A stretch of DNA of 62,000 nucleotides, from the NCBI GenBank assembly GCA_013265495.1, contig MU058844.1:9940184-10002183 (forward strand), written 5' to 3'. The number at the start of each line of letters is the position of its first letter. Within the stretch, counting starts at the first letter, position 1. Below the pieces are notes generated by a model. The model was not told the origin of the DNA. It saw only the letters and a program-made list of their open reading frames with translations, and made no database searches. The position numbers and the translations under genes were made by a program. This document shows, piece after piece, positions 61,991 through 62,000 of the stretch. The stretch comes from Vicugna vicugna (taxonomy: Eukaryota).

Positions 61991-62000
61991 CTGGGAAGTG

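Noticed and set aside
1..62000. CRISPR array, rRNA/tRNA/snRNA genes, retrocopies or prokaryote-type systems
   Set aside because: No repeat-spacer periodicity, recognisable structural RNA or intronless gene remnant was seen; a covariance-model or BLAST search could still find weak hits.

Overview
AT-rich mammalian genomic DNA containing the middle of one large minus-strand gene, OTOGL (otogelin-like; secreted VWF/mucin-type inner-ear glycoprotein). I reconstructed 26 coding exons between 61990 and 2361 by hand (3269 nt, about 1090 codons). All introns are GT-AG, reading-frame phases join at every junction, and I found no internal stop, so this part of the gene looks intact. It continues beyond both window ends. 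Domain order: end of C8-1, TIL1, E1, VWD2, C8-2, TIL2, E2, TIL'/E', VWD3, C8-3, TIL3 interrupted by an AbfB-like domain, E3, then the start of a Pro/Thr linker. Exon labels e1-e26 are window order, not official numbering. Introns hold old eutherian repeats (L2, MIR, L1M, MER-type DNA transposons), short cetartiodactyl-type L1 3' ends, microsatellites and one 77-N gap. I recognised no Alu, B1, Bov-A, PRE-1 or Can-SINE, which suggests a camelid-like host (inference). Most ORFs in the supplied track are spurious. I found no convincing new multi-gene system. The best leads are the exon-symmetric AbfB insertion at the predicted polymerisation interface, two AG/GTAAGT recursive-splice-like or decoy sites just upstream of real exons, a CTCF motif overlapping an exon's donor site, and a GC/CpG-shifted exon pair. 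Repeat family names and comparisons with human OTOGL, VWF and MUC2 come from memory and need database confirmation.
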